NCBI GenBank assembly: GCA_024346625.1
Contig: AP024666.1
Coordinates: 744,001 to 808,000, forward strand
DNA: 64,000 nucleotides
Direction: 5' to 3'
Source: Williopsis jadinii
Lineage: Eukaryota
Shown here: positions 1-10,456 of the stretch, in pieces
How positions within the stretch are numbered: position 1 is the stretch's first letter
Layout of the letters: every line of letters starts with the position of its first letter
Program-made: the position numbers and the translations under genes
The notes under the pieces: generated by a model
Told to the model about the DNA's origin: nothing
What the model saw: the letters and a program-made list of their open reading frames with translations, nothing else
The model's database searches: none

Positions 1-2291
1 GAATCTTCACGATCTGCTGGAATATAATCATATGCGGTATCATCACCTAAGAGACGCGATGCGTAGTTGATGTAAGCCTCTCTTTCAGAAACCAGCTGAG
101 ACACAAGGGCTGTAAGAACATCCAAAGCATCAATTGCATTGGCAAGACTTTCAGAAAGTTTGTCATCATTATTCACAGAGATACCATCATCGAAGTCAAC
201 ATCCAACTTTTGCAATTCCACCTGGATCTGTTTTGCAGCTTTCTCGTGCTCTGTAGTGGTCTTTGGGGCTTCCCGATCATCCTCTCGAACAGATCTGAAC
301 ATTGATGCATCCGTCAAGGTTATATTTTGTGCCTCCATCACGACTGTTATTAAAGCATCACGAGTAGCTTGCTTTGCCTCGAAGAATTCAGAAAGTAATG
401 GATAAATCATACGAGCTGTATCAAAATCACCAGTCATAGAATCTCTTCTGTTTTTCAAAAACACCGAGAAATCCAAACCTTCAATTTTATCGATCATACT
501 GGAAGTAATAGATAATGATTTGTGCAGTTTCTCCAAGATTTCAATGTTTCTCTTTTCGCTTTTTGGGGACTTCAGCATCTCCAAAAGGTCCTCACCGCAG
601 TCAATGAGTTCCATCTTTCTTGCCTCTAGAAGTTCATAGTTATCCTGATCCAAGATAGTTTTGATACGTTTCTTTTGTGTTGTTGTACCTGACATTTGCT
701 TTCCAGCAAATGGGTCTTTTGGTTCAGGAACGAATGGATTTCTCCAATTTCCACCTGAAAAGAACCCTGTAAGGAAACGTGGGTAAACTTGTGGAAGATA
801 GTAGTGTTCGTTAAAGTTATTCGAAGAAATTTGCATAAAAACTTTGATACATTTAATAGCATTTCTTTTGAGATTCTCCACTTCAATTTCAACTTGATCT
901 AGGTAAACCGAAGCGTTACCTGAGCTTGAACGTCTTAGAGTCGACTCTGTTCCATCAGTATGCTCACTGCTTTGGGTTGAAGTTGAAGTCTGTCGATCCT
1001 TTGCATCTTCTGATAAGAATAAGTTCCCATTAATACCAACCTGGGCTATGGATGAAGCTATACTCTTGAGCCTTTTCTGCACTCTTCTTTGGGATCCGGA
1101 TTTTTGTAAATCATGCTGTGCAAGTCTTGCTGATAGATTGATAAGAGCCCCAATCCTTGAAGCAATGTTGAAATGCGCATGGAACAGAGAGTCTGACTTC
1201 TTCTTCAACGACTCCAAAGCCAGCTGCAAGAAATGGACGAAGGCGTCTCTCAGAGCAGGCCAGGTAGTTATATCCGGAGGGTCATAGTAGAACAGGTCAG
1301 GTATACAGTATAATGCGGAATTCCAGGGATGGACCGTATTTGTTGAAGGAAGAGATGACCCAACACTTACATTCTCCTTTGAGCTGTTTTTAAGTTCAGA
1401 TGTTGGAACCGAACCAGGTACAGAGCCTGACACAGAGCCTGACACGGAGCCTGAAATGGAACCGGAACCGGATATGGTTCTAGTCATTGATGATCTAGAT
1501 TTAACGGTGCCAACATCAACGTGAGCTTTGTGTAAGTTTACAACAGCAAGTGTCCGTGGGTTTTGTTCTTTAGTCGGCACTTTGATAACTGAACCTTCAT
1601 CTAGTTCAGCAGTTTCAATGAAGGGCAAATCTTTGCAATAAATATTCAGTTCATCGTTGTAGTAGATGATTTTACCATCAGTGGTCATTTGAGGGATCCA
1701 GATAGGAACCATCGATGAACCTGTGGAGTTGAAGATGTTTTCTGCTTCAGCAGTGGACACAAGTTGAATTTTGTCCAACGAAACATCCGGTAATCCGTTG
1801 TTTCCAGAGCTCTTACGGTTGTTCTGATCCTTCTGTTGTGATTGTACCTGTTGTGCCTGTTGTGCTTGTTGTGATTGTTGCGGTTGTGGCTGCTGTGGCT
1901 GCACTTCTGGTTGTTGCAGTTGCTGTTGTGATGAAGAGTACCTTGTTTCATCTTCTTTGGTACTGCTGTGCTCAGACGTAAAGCTCACATTGGAGTTCTT
2001 CCTTGGGGGCCTGTCCAAGCTTTGTCTCAGTAAAGACGACATGTGTGGCCTGCCACCAAGCGCCTGTTGCTCACTGAGCAATTGAGAACGTCCTTTACAA
2101 TAAATTGCAGGGAACCAACCTCTTATTGGACCGTGCTCCCCAAATATAACACCATCCCACCAACCAGATTCTGCTTTACCCATGACATATACGGTATCCC
2201 CATGGCTCAAGGTGAGAATGTTCGGCTTTGCCGAGTGGAAGTCATGTACAACAATGACTTCATCTATGGGTCTTTGAGGTGTCTCCATCAT
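1..2291 (-). CDS. CDC25: Cdc25/Sdc25-like Ras guanine nucleotide exchange factor, N-terminal part (runs off the window start)
   Basis: Not in the ORF track. Manual translation from ATG 2291 gives MMETPQRPIDEVIVVHDF...GDTVYVMGKAESGWWDGV...RGWFP (SH3 domain), then a Q-rich tract and a WW-like WIPQMTTDGKIIYYN. The same frame is open at the window start (REAYINYASRLLGDD); I did not check every codon in between. It lies next to DPS1, as SDC25 does in S. cerevisiae. Confidence 0.8.
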   Translation of the reverse strand, partial: MMETPQRPIDEVIVVHDFHSAKPNILTLSHGDTVYVMGKAESGWWDGVIFGEHGPIRGWFPAIYCKGRSQLLSEQQALGGRPHMSSLLRQSLDRPPRKNSNVSFTSEHSSTKEDETRYSSSQQQLQQPEVQPQQPQPQQSQQAQQAQQVQSQQKDQNNRKSSGNNGLPDVSLDKIQLVSTAEAENIFNSTGSSMVPIWIPQMTTDGKIIYYNDELNIYCKDLPFIETAELDEGSVIKVPTKEQNPRTLAVVNLHKAHVDVGTVKSRSSMTRTISGSGSISGSVSGSVSGSVPGSVPTSELKNSSKENVSVGSSLPSTNTVHPWNSALYCIPDLFYYDPPDITTWPALRDAFVHFLQLALESLKKKSDSLFHAHFNIASRIGALINLSARLAQHDLQKSGSQRRVQKRLKSIASSIAQVGINGNLFLSEDAKDRQTSTSTQSSEHTDGTESTLRRSSSGNASVYLDQVEIEVENLKRNAIKCIKVFMQISSNNFNEHYYLPQVYPRFLTGFFSGGNWRNPFVPEPKDPFAGKQMSGTTTQKKRIKTILDQDNYELLEARKMELIDCGEDLLEMLKSPKSEKRNIEILEKLHKSLSITSSMIDKIEGLDFSVFLKNRRDSMTGDFDTARMIYPLLSEFFEAKQATRDALITVVMEAQNITLTDASMFRSVREDDREAPKTTTEHEKAAKQIQVELQKLDVDFDDGISVNNDDKLSESLANAIDALDVLTALVSQLVSEREAYINYASRLLGDDTAYDYIPADRED

Positions 2292-2457
2292 CCTAAAGCT
2301 CAGCTAATATTGAAGCAAGGGAGTAAACAGAGTGTTTGCTTTGTGAGAATTAGCGCTGCGGCTTTGTGTCCGAGATTATAGGCACGAGAAGGAAAAAAAA
2401 ACCTCTGTGTGTCTGGATGTTTTCTAAGCGTGCGGGGTCCGGCCTTCTGGCTTCGGT

Positions 2458-2520
2458 TTTTGCGCAATGTTTGCGCAACTTTTGCGCAGCTTTTACGCAA
2501 CTTTTACGCAATTTTACAAT
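2458..2520. repeat. 11-bp tandem repeat (TTTT[G/A]CGCAAN) x5 plus a partial copy
   Basis: Units are ttttgcgcaat / gtttgcgcaac / ttttgcgcagc / ttttacgcaac / ttttacgcaat, between the DPS1 stop and the CDC25 start. Confidence 0.85.
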
Positions 2521-2577
2521 TATGGTATGCGCTGTATGTAACAACTGATATATTCACCAAGATATCTAAGTGTATAT

Positions 2578-4284
2578 TCATGGACGAAGTCTCTTTGGAT
2601 CACGAGGGAAGAGAGATGCACGACGAATGTTCTTCAAGTCCAAGTAGAACATGACGACACGTTCGAGACCAATACCACCACCGGCGTGTGGAGGACAACC
2701 GTAGGTGAAGGCATCGACGTAGTCCTTCAAGCCTGGGCCTTGTGGATCAACGTCATGGATCTTCATACGCTCTGCAAGGAGTTCTGGGTCATGGATACGC
2801 TGGGCACCAGAGAGGATCTCCTCACCACGCATGAAGAAATCGTAGGAGTTGGAGTAACGTGGGTCCTCTGGGTCTGGCATGGTGTAGAAAGGTCTGATGG
2901 CCAATGGGAACTTGTCCAAGATGTAAAAGTCGGTGTCGTACTCTTCACGGACGAGTCTTCCCAACAGTTTCTCATCCTCTGTAGAAAGGTCATCGAATTC
3001 TCCAATGTCGGTACGACCACCCTTTGTACGCAAGAGTTCAATACCGTCCTTGAAGTGAAGACGAACCATCTTACCATCCTTTGGCAACTTGAACTCTTCA
3101 ACAGGGTATTGATTTCTAACAACGGCAATCTCCTTGGCATATCTAGTCTTCAACTCGGAAAAGATAAAGACAAAGAGGTCAGATAACAAGTCCAGAACCT
3201 CATGGTAGTGCTCTTCAAACGCCATCTCCAAATCCAAACCAACAAACTCAGTCATGTGACGGTGGGTGTTGGAGTTCTCAGCTCTGAACACTGGTGCAAC
3301 TTCGAAGACACGTTCGAAATCGGCAGCAATCAGTTGTTGCTTGTAAAGCTGTGGAGATTGGGCAAGGTAGGCTTTAGTCTTGAAGTATGTGACTTCAAAG
3401 ACGTTGGCACCACCTTCAGATGGAGCACCAAGGAGCTTTGGAGTGTGAATCTCAGTAAATCTCTTACTTTGAAGGAATTCCTTGAAGAGGGATGTGACAC
3501 CGGCCTGAATCTTGAAGATCGAGTGGTTGGTTTGAGTTCTCAAATCGATAACTCTAGCATCCAATCTAGTGTCCAAGTTGACCACTGGCAAGCCAGCAGC
3601 TTCAGCTTGGGCATCAGATCTGGAGGCATCTTCAATGAGAATTGGCAATTTCTCTGGGGTCTCAACGATGGTGTAAATCTTTGTGACATGGATCTCAGCG
3701 TCTTGAATAGATGCAGACTTAATTGGCTCCTCAACTTTCTTGACAATACCATGAACAAGGACAATGGATTCCAAGTTGATGGAACCAGCCCATTTAACCA
3801 TTTGCTTGGAGACAGATTCACCGTTGGCTTTGACCAACGCTTGGATTGATTCATCCTGTTGTCTCAGGGCAAGGAAGGCCAAAGTGGCACCTTGCTGACG
3901 CGAGGTATGGATACGTGCCCTCAACACAACTTCTTCACCGTCATTGGCGGCGGACAAAGTAGACAAAAGGACTCTTGGAACACCTGTTCTGGATTGGGAT
4001 TGGATCAATGGCAATTTACCATAGTTCTCCTTAGCAGGATCATTTGCAGCCTTAGCAGCCTTCTCTGCTTGTTCCTTGGCCAATTGAGCAGCACGCTCCT
4101 GTTTCTTACGTTCCTTCTCTTGTTCCTTTTGGAGCTTCTTTAAGGCCTTCTTGGACAACGGCTGGCCATCTGGGCCAAGAACAACCTCCTCTGTGGCGGC
4201 TCCTTCACTAACAGATGGTTGCTGTTGCTCCTTTGCTGGCTCAGAGATATCGAGTTTCTCCAACTTCTCAGTGGTATCAGCCAT
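2578..4284 (-). CDS. DPS1: Cytosolic aspartyl-tRNA synthetase
   Basis: 568 aa with a lysine-rich N-terminal helix (LSKKALKK), an OB fold and class II motifs [22 protein letters not shown] and GGGIGLERV; ends RDPKRLRP. Confidence 0.98.
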   Translation of the reverse strand: MADTTEKLEKLDISEPAKEQQQPSVSEGAATEEVVLGPDGQPLSKKALKKLQKEQEKERKKQERAAQLAKEQAEKAAKAANDPAKENYGKLPLIQSQSRTGVPRVLLSTLSAANDGEEVVLRARIHTSRQQGATLAFLALRQQDESIQALVKANGESVSKQMVKWAGSINLESIVLVHGIVKKVEEPIKSASIQDAEIHVTKIYTIVETPEKLPILIEDASRSDAQAEAAGLPVVNLDTRLDARVIDLRTQTNHSIFKIQAGVTSLFKEFLQSKRFTEIHTPKLLGAPSEGGANVFEVTYFKTKAYLAQSPQLYKQQLIAADFERVFEVAPVFRAENSNTHRHMTEFVGLDLEMAFEEHYHEVLDLLSDLFVFIFSELKTRYAKEIAVVRNQYPVEEFKLPKDGKMVRLHFKDGIELLRTKGGRTDIGEFDDLSTEDEKLLGRLVREEYDTDFYILDKFPLAIRPFYTMPDPEDPRYSNSYDFFMRGEEILSGAQRIHDPELLAERMKIHDVDPQGPGLKDYVDAFTYGCPPHAGGGIGLERVVMFYLDLKNIRRASLFPRDPKRLRP

Positions 4285-4708
4285 TGTGATTTTGCTTATA
4301 CTTGACCAATTCAGCTGGAGAATGGTTGTGGTTTCGTCCAGTTCGCTGTTTTTTTCCTTACTTTTTCACCATCGTCTCATAGAAGCAGTTTTTTTTCCAC
4401 TGACGTTGCAGTTGCTGAAACCAGAAGTCAGAACAGAGAACTTCACAATTGAGAAAGGAAGCGTATGTTCTTCTCATCCTATGTAGCTAGCAGAGATGTT
4501 TGATTGTATGTGATACTGCTAGCAAAGCACTGGAACGTCATAGACGTCCTTCTTCTTGTCTTGATGGGGCCGGAAGTGCTGTGTGTGTAGATGATTATGG
4601 ATAGTGGTGTCTGGGTGTTAAGTCATCTCGTAGTGCTGTTACTCTTCTGCTGTGTACATGATGTTCTCTCGTGCTATGGCTTATGGCTTCCATCACCACT
4701 GAGCCAGC

Positions 4709-5560
4709 ATGTCGTTAGCTGATTACCTTGCGAAGAACTATACTTCGAAGAACAAGAAGGACAAGAAGGATAAGAAGTCAAAGAAGAAACCGGAAGCCAC
4801 GGTGGACGTTAACGTATCGCTTACCAGGCCAAGGCCCACCAGTAGCAGTACTGAGCCTGGAGTAATCAGCAATGAATCACCACAACAGCCCACAGATGCG
4901 GACAAGAAGAAATCTGGATGGACGGTAGTTGGCAGCGGCGTGAGTGTGAGCGAGCCGCTGATGGCATCTGGCGCCAAAGCTGGGCTACAGACAGGTGCAC
5001 AGGTTGCTGAACAGATACGGGCAAAGGAACAGAGAGAGAGAGAGATGCTCCAGAGATGGTCTGCAGAGGGAATGGGGAAAGATGCTGAGACAGTGTATAG
5101 AGATACCGGCGGTGCCAGAGTGGATATGGGGGCCAGACTCACTGAGAGAAAGAGGAAAAGAGATGAAGAGAGAGCCGAGGCGGAGAGAAGAAAGAAGGAG
5201 ATGAATATGGGGTTAGTTCAAAAGTTGGACATGGAAGAAAAGAAGAGGAAATTGGACAAGGCGGCTAGCTCAAGCTTATCGACTTACGCAGACGATAGTG
5301 AACTCAACGCACAACAGAGGGCAAGAGAACTGGAAGATGACCCTATGCTCTCGTTCAAACCTGGAAAGTCCAAAAAGTATGTATCCAGAACAGGAAGAAA
5401 GCTATACAGAGGTGCGTACCCAGAAAATAGATTCAATATTGCACCGGGGTATAGATGGGATGGTGTGGATAGGTCGAATGGGTTCGAGAGGGCGTATTTC
5501 AGAAAACAACAAGAAACACAGAGAGATAAAACATTGTCATACACGATGCAAGAGGACTGA
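4709..5560 (+). CDS. BUD13: RES complex splicing factor Bud13/Cwc26
   Basis: MSLADYLAKNY, ETVYRD and ENRFNIAPGYRWDGVDRSNGFE motifs; adjacent to XRN1 as in S. cerevisiae. Confidence 0.95.
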   Translation: MSLADYLAKNYTSKNKKDKKDKKSKKKPEATVDVNVSLTRPRPTSSSTEPGVISNESPQQPTDADKKKSGWTVVGSGVSVSEPLMASGAKAGLQTGAQVAEQIRAKEQREREMLQRWSAEGMGKDAETVYRDTGGARVDMGARLTERKRKRDEERAEAERRKKEMNMGLVQKLDMEEKKRKLDKAASSSLSTYADDSELNAQQRARELEDDPMLSFKPGKSKKYVSRTGRKLYRGAYPENRFNIAPGYRWDGVDRSNGFERAYFRKQQETQRDKTLSYTMQED

Positions 5561-5748
5561 GCCAAAAGGTATGAGTGGTTTTCACATTTCACTTCATAAC
5601 TAAAGAGATCAACAAAGAAAGAAGACAAACAACTTCATCAAACGAACGTATATATGTTTATTTAACGGTAAACAGACTAATAACACAGGACAACAACAAA
5701 CAATAAACTCATTACAGTTTCCATCATAACGTATACCCATTATTCTGA

Positions 5749-8700
5749 TTATTTCGTAGAGCCTGCGGTCTCAGTTGCACGTGAGGTTTCACCACTAGGC
5801 TTTCCACCACGACCTCTGCCACGACCACGACCTCTTCCTCCTCTACCTCTACCTCTTCCTCTAAAGTTGTTAGATCCCTTATTGGAGGCATCAATAGCTT
5901 CTGATGGAATAGCATCTTGTGGAGGAATTGGCGCATTTTGAGGTTGGACTTGCGCTGGGATAAATTGACTAGCTCCTGGAATCATATGCGGTGGTATTGG
6001 AATCAACCCTGGAACTGGCATAGAAACAAATCCTTGTGGTGGGAAGCCTTGTGGAATCATCATCATAGGTGGTGGCATTTGAGGAACCCCCGAGACATTG
6101 TTCAAAACAGACGCTTGAAGAGTTTTCAATTGGAATTGCTTCATTGCATCGTGCTCACCATCTGCTCCATTCACGCCATCGGTCTTATAATCCCCAACCT
6201 GCTCATCACTGACCTTTTGATTTCCTTTTAAAAGAGATAAGAGCTCATTTGGCTTCTTTTTCTGAGTCTTTGCCTTTGCTTGTACATCTTCCTTTGATGC
6301 AACCTTTTCCTTCTCAGCATTGGCTTGAGACGCTGGCATAACCGATTTATCGATAACAGGCTTCTTGCTGTCACCATTGGAAGACACTGGGGCAGACTTC
6401 AACGGTGTCTTCTGGACAGGAGTTTTTGCCTTTGGAGCAGATGCCTTTGATTTTGGAACAGGTGCTGGAATGAGGGCTGGCTCCTTACGATGCGCTCTTT
6501 GAGCCGAGGCCCTAGAATGGTAGACAAATTGCTTGTGACTTACATTCAGTACCAAGGAAGAGTCAATCTCCAAACCACGACTGGTTCTAAGCTGACCACC
6601 TATCTTGTTACCTCCGAGTAAAATATGGTCAAACAACACTTGAAGTGTCACAGTAGATCCCACACTGTTGTATCCAACAACAGTACCCTTTGAAAAGATA
6701 GGAACCTTACCCGAACCTTGGACGTAAACAACTCTATCACCAAGTTCAAAAGATTGTGCCTTTAACTGTTGGAATGAAACACCCGGGTTTAAAACAGCCT
6801 GGGTTGGCACACCTTTAAGTTTCTTTGTTTCTTGCTTATCAGCAGTTGCAGCAAATACCTCTATCTGGTTTTCAATTTCTTTGATGCTTTCAGTCGTCAA
6901 AGAGTCTGATTCCAAAGAACTTCTTTTCAAATCTAATCTCACAGACTTCAACCATGAAAGTGCACTCTTCACCTCCTCAGGGTCAAGTCCAAGACTCTTA
7001 ACACTTGGAATACTGGATTCACGTGCATGTTTAGCAAGAGCATTGAACAAAGCAGGGAACTTTGTCTGGTACTCCTTGAGAAGTCTAAAGGCCTTTTCAC
7101 TGAACTCCCACCCTCTTGCACCTTTACGAGTATAGCCAATAACCTTAAGTCTTCTGGACTCAAATTTTAAATTCAGACCAGCATCAGCACGTTGTCCTCC
7201 ATTATCCAAGGAGAAGGAAGATGTAATCTTCGAGATGAATAGCGCTTGTGATCTGAGAAGTTTAGCAATCTCATGTTGCGGGATATATCTCACTCTTTGC
7301 CTCTCAACCTTGGCTGCAATAGTACCAAATTGAGGTTCTGTTTTTGTAGACATTTTAACAACCGTGATATCAAGACGAGATGTTGAGCTGTATCCAGTGA
7401 TAGTGACCTTTCCACCGTATGCATACTCACCAAGGAAGATCGCTTCAGATTGGAGTGGGAATTCCTCATTGATTGGCAGTGGTGGCTTTTCAGTAAACCT
7501 TGAATCTTTATTGGCAACTTGATCCACAACGAGAGGCAATGGGTAAATTTCCTCATTGTGTTCGTAAGTTTTGATGTAAGCACCATTAGTTGTACGTTTT
7601 AAGCCTGAAACGGGTTTGACATAGACCAAAGCACGAATCTCTTTTAGTTCAATACCCTTTCTAAAAAGGTATGTTCCTCTGATGGATTCACGAGTTCTCT
7701 TGTAATCATTACGTTCTTCATGATCCAACAATCTAGAGGATTCTTTGACACCACGGTTGGTGACAGTACGTTCGTATACCGATTCACCATCGATGATTTT
7801 AGTCGTCAAAGATTCTCTAAGGAAAGGATAATTGGTGTAAATGATCTTACCCAGGAATCTTTTGGCAAACTGTTCGATCTCCAAGCCTTCATGGGTATCT
7901 TCAGGATATAAGATCTGAGAGGAGCCTCTGGTAGGGAATTGGAAAATTTTCAGTCCTGCATTCTTCAATTCAGATCCGAAAGGGATCGACTTTAATGTCG
8001 GGAAACCTGCAAGGGACTCAGCACCAGAGAGGGCGCCTTTACAAAGTCCAGTAATCAACTCTGATTGCGAGAAGACTTTCAAATGAAATGGTGTCTCAAA
8101 GCAGTGATTATGTTCGAGGTCCGAGAAGACTGTGGTCAGAGGGGACTTGAAAACTTCTTCGATCTGAGGGTTGAAAGTGAACAAAATATCCACACCGAAT
8201 GAGTTTCTTTTCTTTTCCTCTGGTGTCAATTGGTCTTCCATTGGTGCCATAGCAGCTTTCAATTTGTCCATATCAACGAATGAGATCTTGACCACAGCTT
8301 CCCAATCAGCAGTCTTACCGTTCATGTCAGTTTCGACTTCCTTTGGATAGAAATCTTTAATTGGAGAGTGCTCATCAGTCATTAATTTTCTGTATGGAAT
8401 AGGAACCAAATTCTGAGATCTTGCGGGCAACACAGCCATTAATTGCTCGAACGGTCTGACAGGTTCGCCCAATTGGAAGTTGATTTTGACCTTTAAGCCT
8501 TTCTTGACGTCTGATATTCTTGGTGCATAGTGGTATTTGTAGTACCAAGGCCAAGATTGGACACCACGGTAGTAATAATACATAACCCATTGTAAACCTT
8601 CCACATAATTTTCAGTCAATTTTGTCATTTCTTCTTCATCATCAAGAGCAAATCCTAATTTATCTTTGTAATAAGAGTCTTTCCAATTGTCGAATTTCTG

Positions 8701-10218
8701 AGAATACACAGCCTTCTTCTCTTCCACAGCATCCTCACCGTCATAGTCCAAGATAATAGCAGCTTCGTATCTTTTAACTATACGACGAACATCATTGACT
8801 CTTTCTTCCCAATCCTCATCGGATTCCTGCAAGTCAATACCATCGATATCAACTCTCACAGAATACTCATCAGTGCTTCTTGAGTGTGTGACAATAAGGC
8901 CAACGTCATAAGCAAAAGTCTTGAGGAAATCTAAGTTGTTTTTGGTGTACTCAATAGGGATCTTCAAAGATGGAATACTTTCCTCTGAGATATCCAATGG
9001 AAATCTTTCGGAATAAGCTTTGATAATCCATGGTTTTATTAAACCCACTAATTTTCTTTGTTGTTTCAACAATGCAAGCTTACCAGTTCTTTCTCTCTTC
9101 TTTTCACCATGGATAGAGATATCCTCCAATTGCTTGTTAAACCATTCAAGATCAACTTCACCTTGTTCAAAGTTTTCCAGTTCGAATTTTGAGAGAACGT
9201 CAAACCAAACACCTAATCTTTCAAGGTTAATATTACCATGGTCACTGAGATATCCGTCGGTAGTTCTCAAAGCTTCTTTGAAAGTTTCAAGCAATAATGG
9301 GAAAGCTCCCTTGTTCAAATGCAAATCTGGTAAATTTGGCAAGAAATCATTACCGATAACAAACATGATCACAATGAAATCGTCCAAAATTCTTTCAAAG
9401 TCATAATCGAATGAGAGCTGATCTTTCAGGTCTTGGAACTCAATCTCGAGATATTCTCTAACCAAACTGATGTGCAAGAGATAGAAAGTTTGTTCTTCAA
9501 CAGTGGCCTGAACCTGACGCTTACCGAATGTGACTTCTTCTCTTAAAAGAGCAAAGTGAGGTTCGTGGCACGCAAGACCCAGCATAATCAAATCAGCATC
9601 AAGACCATAGATACAGTGACGAGTGTTGGGGTTGTAATCTGACAATGCCTTTCTGTTTCTGATGAAATGCATAATTTTATGTTCACCCTCACCTGGAACC
9701 TCATGGCCAGACAGGATGATCTCACAATTTTGCCATCTCGAATCTGAAGAAACCTTCTTGTGAATGAAGTATTTCAAGAATCTCGTCAATTTGGCCATGA
9801 ATTCGGTTCCTGGCGTGATTGCATTCGAATCAAAAGGCTCATCATCTGCAAGATGGGTACCATCTTCATTAGCTTGCCTCAACTTCTTCTCAGCGTCAAG
9901 TGCAGTTCTAAATCTTCTAGATCTCTGCTGGTTCATCTTGGCTCTTGGTGCAACACCATCAATCGCCATGTAAAACACCTTTTGTGGTTTGATAGTATCA
10001 AAAAGATGATCGATGTAAGCAAAGATAGCACTAAACACTTCATCTTCAGTCATTCTCTTTGAGCTGTCAGCTTCCTTGTTACGAGCAGTACAGGTGTGCA
10101 AGATCGAGTTCATATCGAGATACAAGTTGTCAAACTCAGGTATCTGATTTCCCTCAATCAATTGCGATATAAGAGGCCATCTCTCAGAGATGAGTCTAAA
10201 GAACTTTGGAATACCCAT
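5749..10218 (-). CDS. XRN1: 5'-3' exoribonuclease Xrn1, full length
   Basis: 1489 aa with MGIPKFF, YLDMNSILH, AIDGVAPRAKMNQQRSRR, PGEGEHKI, YGLDADL, GNDFLP and DWEAVV, plus C-terminal accessory domains and a Pro/RGG-rich tail. Confidence 0.98.
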   Translation of the reverse strand: MGIPKFFRLISERWPLISQLIEGNQIPEFDNLYLDMNSILHTCTARNKEADSSKRMTEDEVFSAIFAYIDHLFDTIKPQKVFYMAIDGVAPRAKMNQQRSRRFRTALDAEKKLRQANEDGTHLADDEPFDSNAITPGTEFMAKLTRFLKYFIHKKVSSDSRWQNCEIILSGHEVPGEGEHKIMHFIRNRKALSDYNPNTRHCIYGLDADLIMLGLACHEPHFALLREEVTFGKRQVQATVEEQTFYLLHISLVREYLEIEFQDLKDQLSFDYDFERILDDFIVIMFVIGNDFLPNLPDLHLNKGAFPLLLETFKEALRTTDGYLSDHGNINLERLGVWFDVLSKFELENFEQGEVDLEWFNKQLEDISIHGEKKRERTGKLALLKQQRKLVGLIKPWIIKAYSERFPLDISEESIPSLKIPIEYTKNNLDFLKTFAYDVGLIVTHSRSTDEYSVRVDIDGIDLQESDEDWEERVNDVRRIVKRYEAAIILDYDGEDAVEEKKAVYSQKFDNWKDSYYKDKLGFALDDEEEMTKLTENYVEGLQWVMYYYYRGVQSWPWYYKYHYAPRISDVKKGLKVKINFQLGEPVRPFEQLMAVLPARSQNLVPIPYRKLMTDEHSPIKDFYPKEVETDMNGKTADWEAVVKISFVDMDKLKAAMAPMEDQLTPEEKKRNSFGVDILFTFNPQIEEVFKSPLTTVFSDLEHNHCFETPFHLKVFSQSELITGLCKGALSGAESLAGFPTLKSIPFGSELKNAGLKIFQFPTRGSSQILYPEDTHEGLEIEQFAKRFLGKIIYTNYPFLRESLTTKIIDGESVYERTVTNRGVKESSRLLDHEERNDYKRTRESIRGTYLFRKGIELKEIRALVYVKPVSGLKRTTNGAYIKTYEHNEEIYPLPLVVDQVANKDSRFTEKPPLPINEEFPLQSEAIFLGEYAYGGKVTITGYSSTSRLDITVVKMSTKTEPQFGTIAAKVERQRVRYIPQHEIAKLLRSQALFISKITSSFSLDNGGQRADAGLNLKFESRRLKVIGYTRKGARGWEFSEKAFRLLKEYQTKFPALFNALAKHARESSIPSVKSLGLDPEEVKSALSWLKSVRLDLKRSSLESDSLTTESIKEIENQIEVFAATADKQETKKLKGVPTQAVLNPGVSFQQLKAQSFELGDRVVYVQGSGKVPIFSKGTVVGYNSVGSTVTLQVLFDHILLGGNKIGGQLRTSRGLEIDSSLVLNVSHKQFVYHSRASAQRAHRKEPALIPAPVPKSKASAPKAKTPVQKTPLKSAPVSSNGDSKKPVIDKSVMPASQANAEKEKVASKEDVQAKAKTQKKKPNELLSLLKGNQKVSDEQVGDYKTDGVNGADGEHDAMKQFQLKTLQASVLNNVSGVPQMPPPMMMIPQGFPPQGFVSMPVPGLIPIPPHMIPGASQFIPAQVQPQNAPIPPQDAIPSEAIDASNKGSNNFRGRGRGRGGRGRGRGRGRGGKPSGETSRATETAGSTK

Positions 10219-10456
10219 GATACTTTAGAAGTTATCTCTTGTCAAACCAACCAGGAGCCGCTATTGGAGCTTTGTTGTGGTTGTTTGTGGTTGTTTATAT
10301 TCCTTGTTTCTCCCTTATTTGTTGGACGATGATTTAGCGTTCGCTCGTTGACAAAGTTCCAGCGGGTTGGGTTTTGGACAGCGCGTGCTGAAATTTGCTA
10401 CAGCGGACTGAAATTTACACGCGGAAGGAAGAGGTGGTGATGGCACATTCTAAGCA

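Noticed and set aside
2686..4486. Long + strand ORFs (166, 215, 94 and 111 aa) opposite DPS1
   Set aside because: Antisense shadows of a codon-biased gene, with no recognisable motifs.
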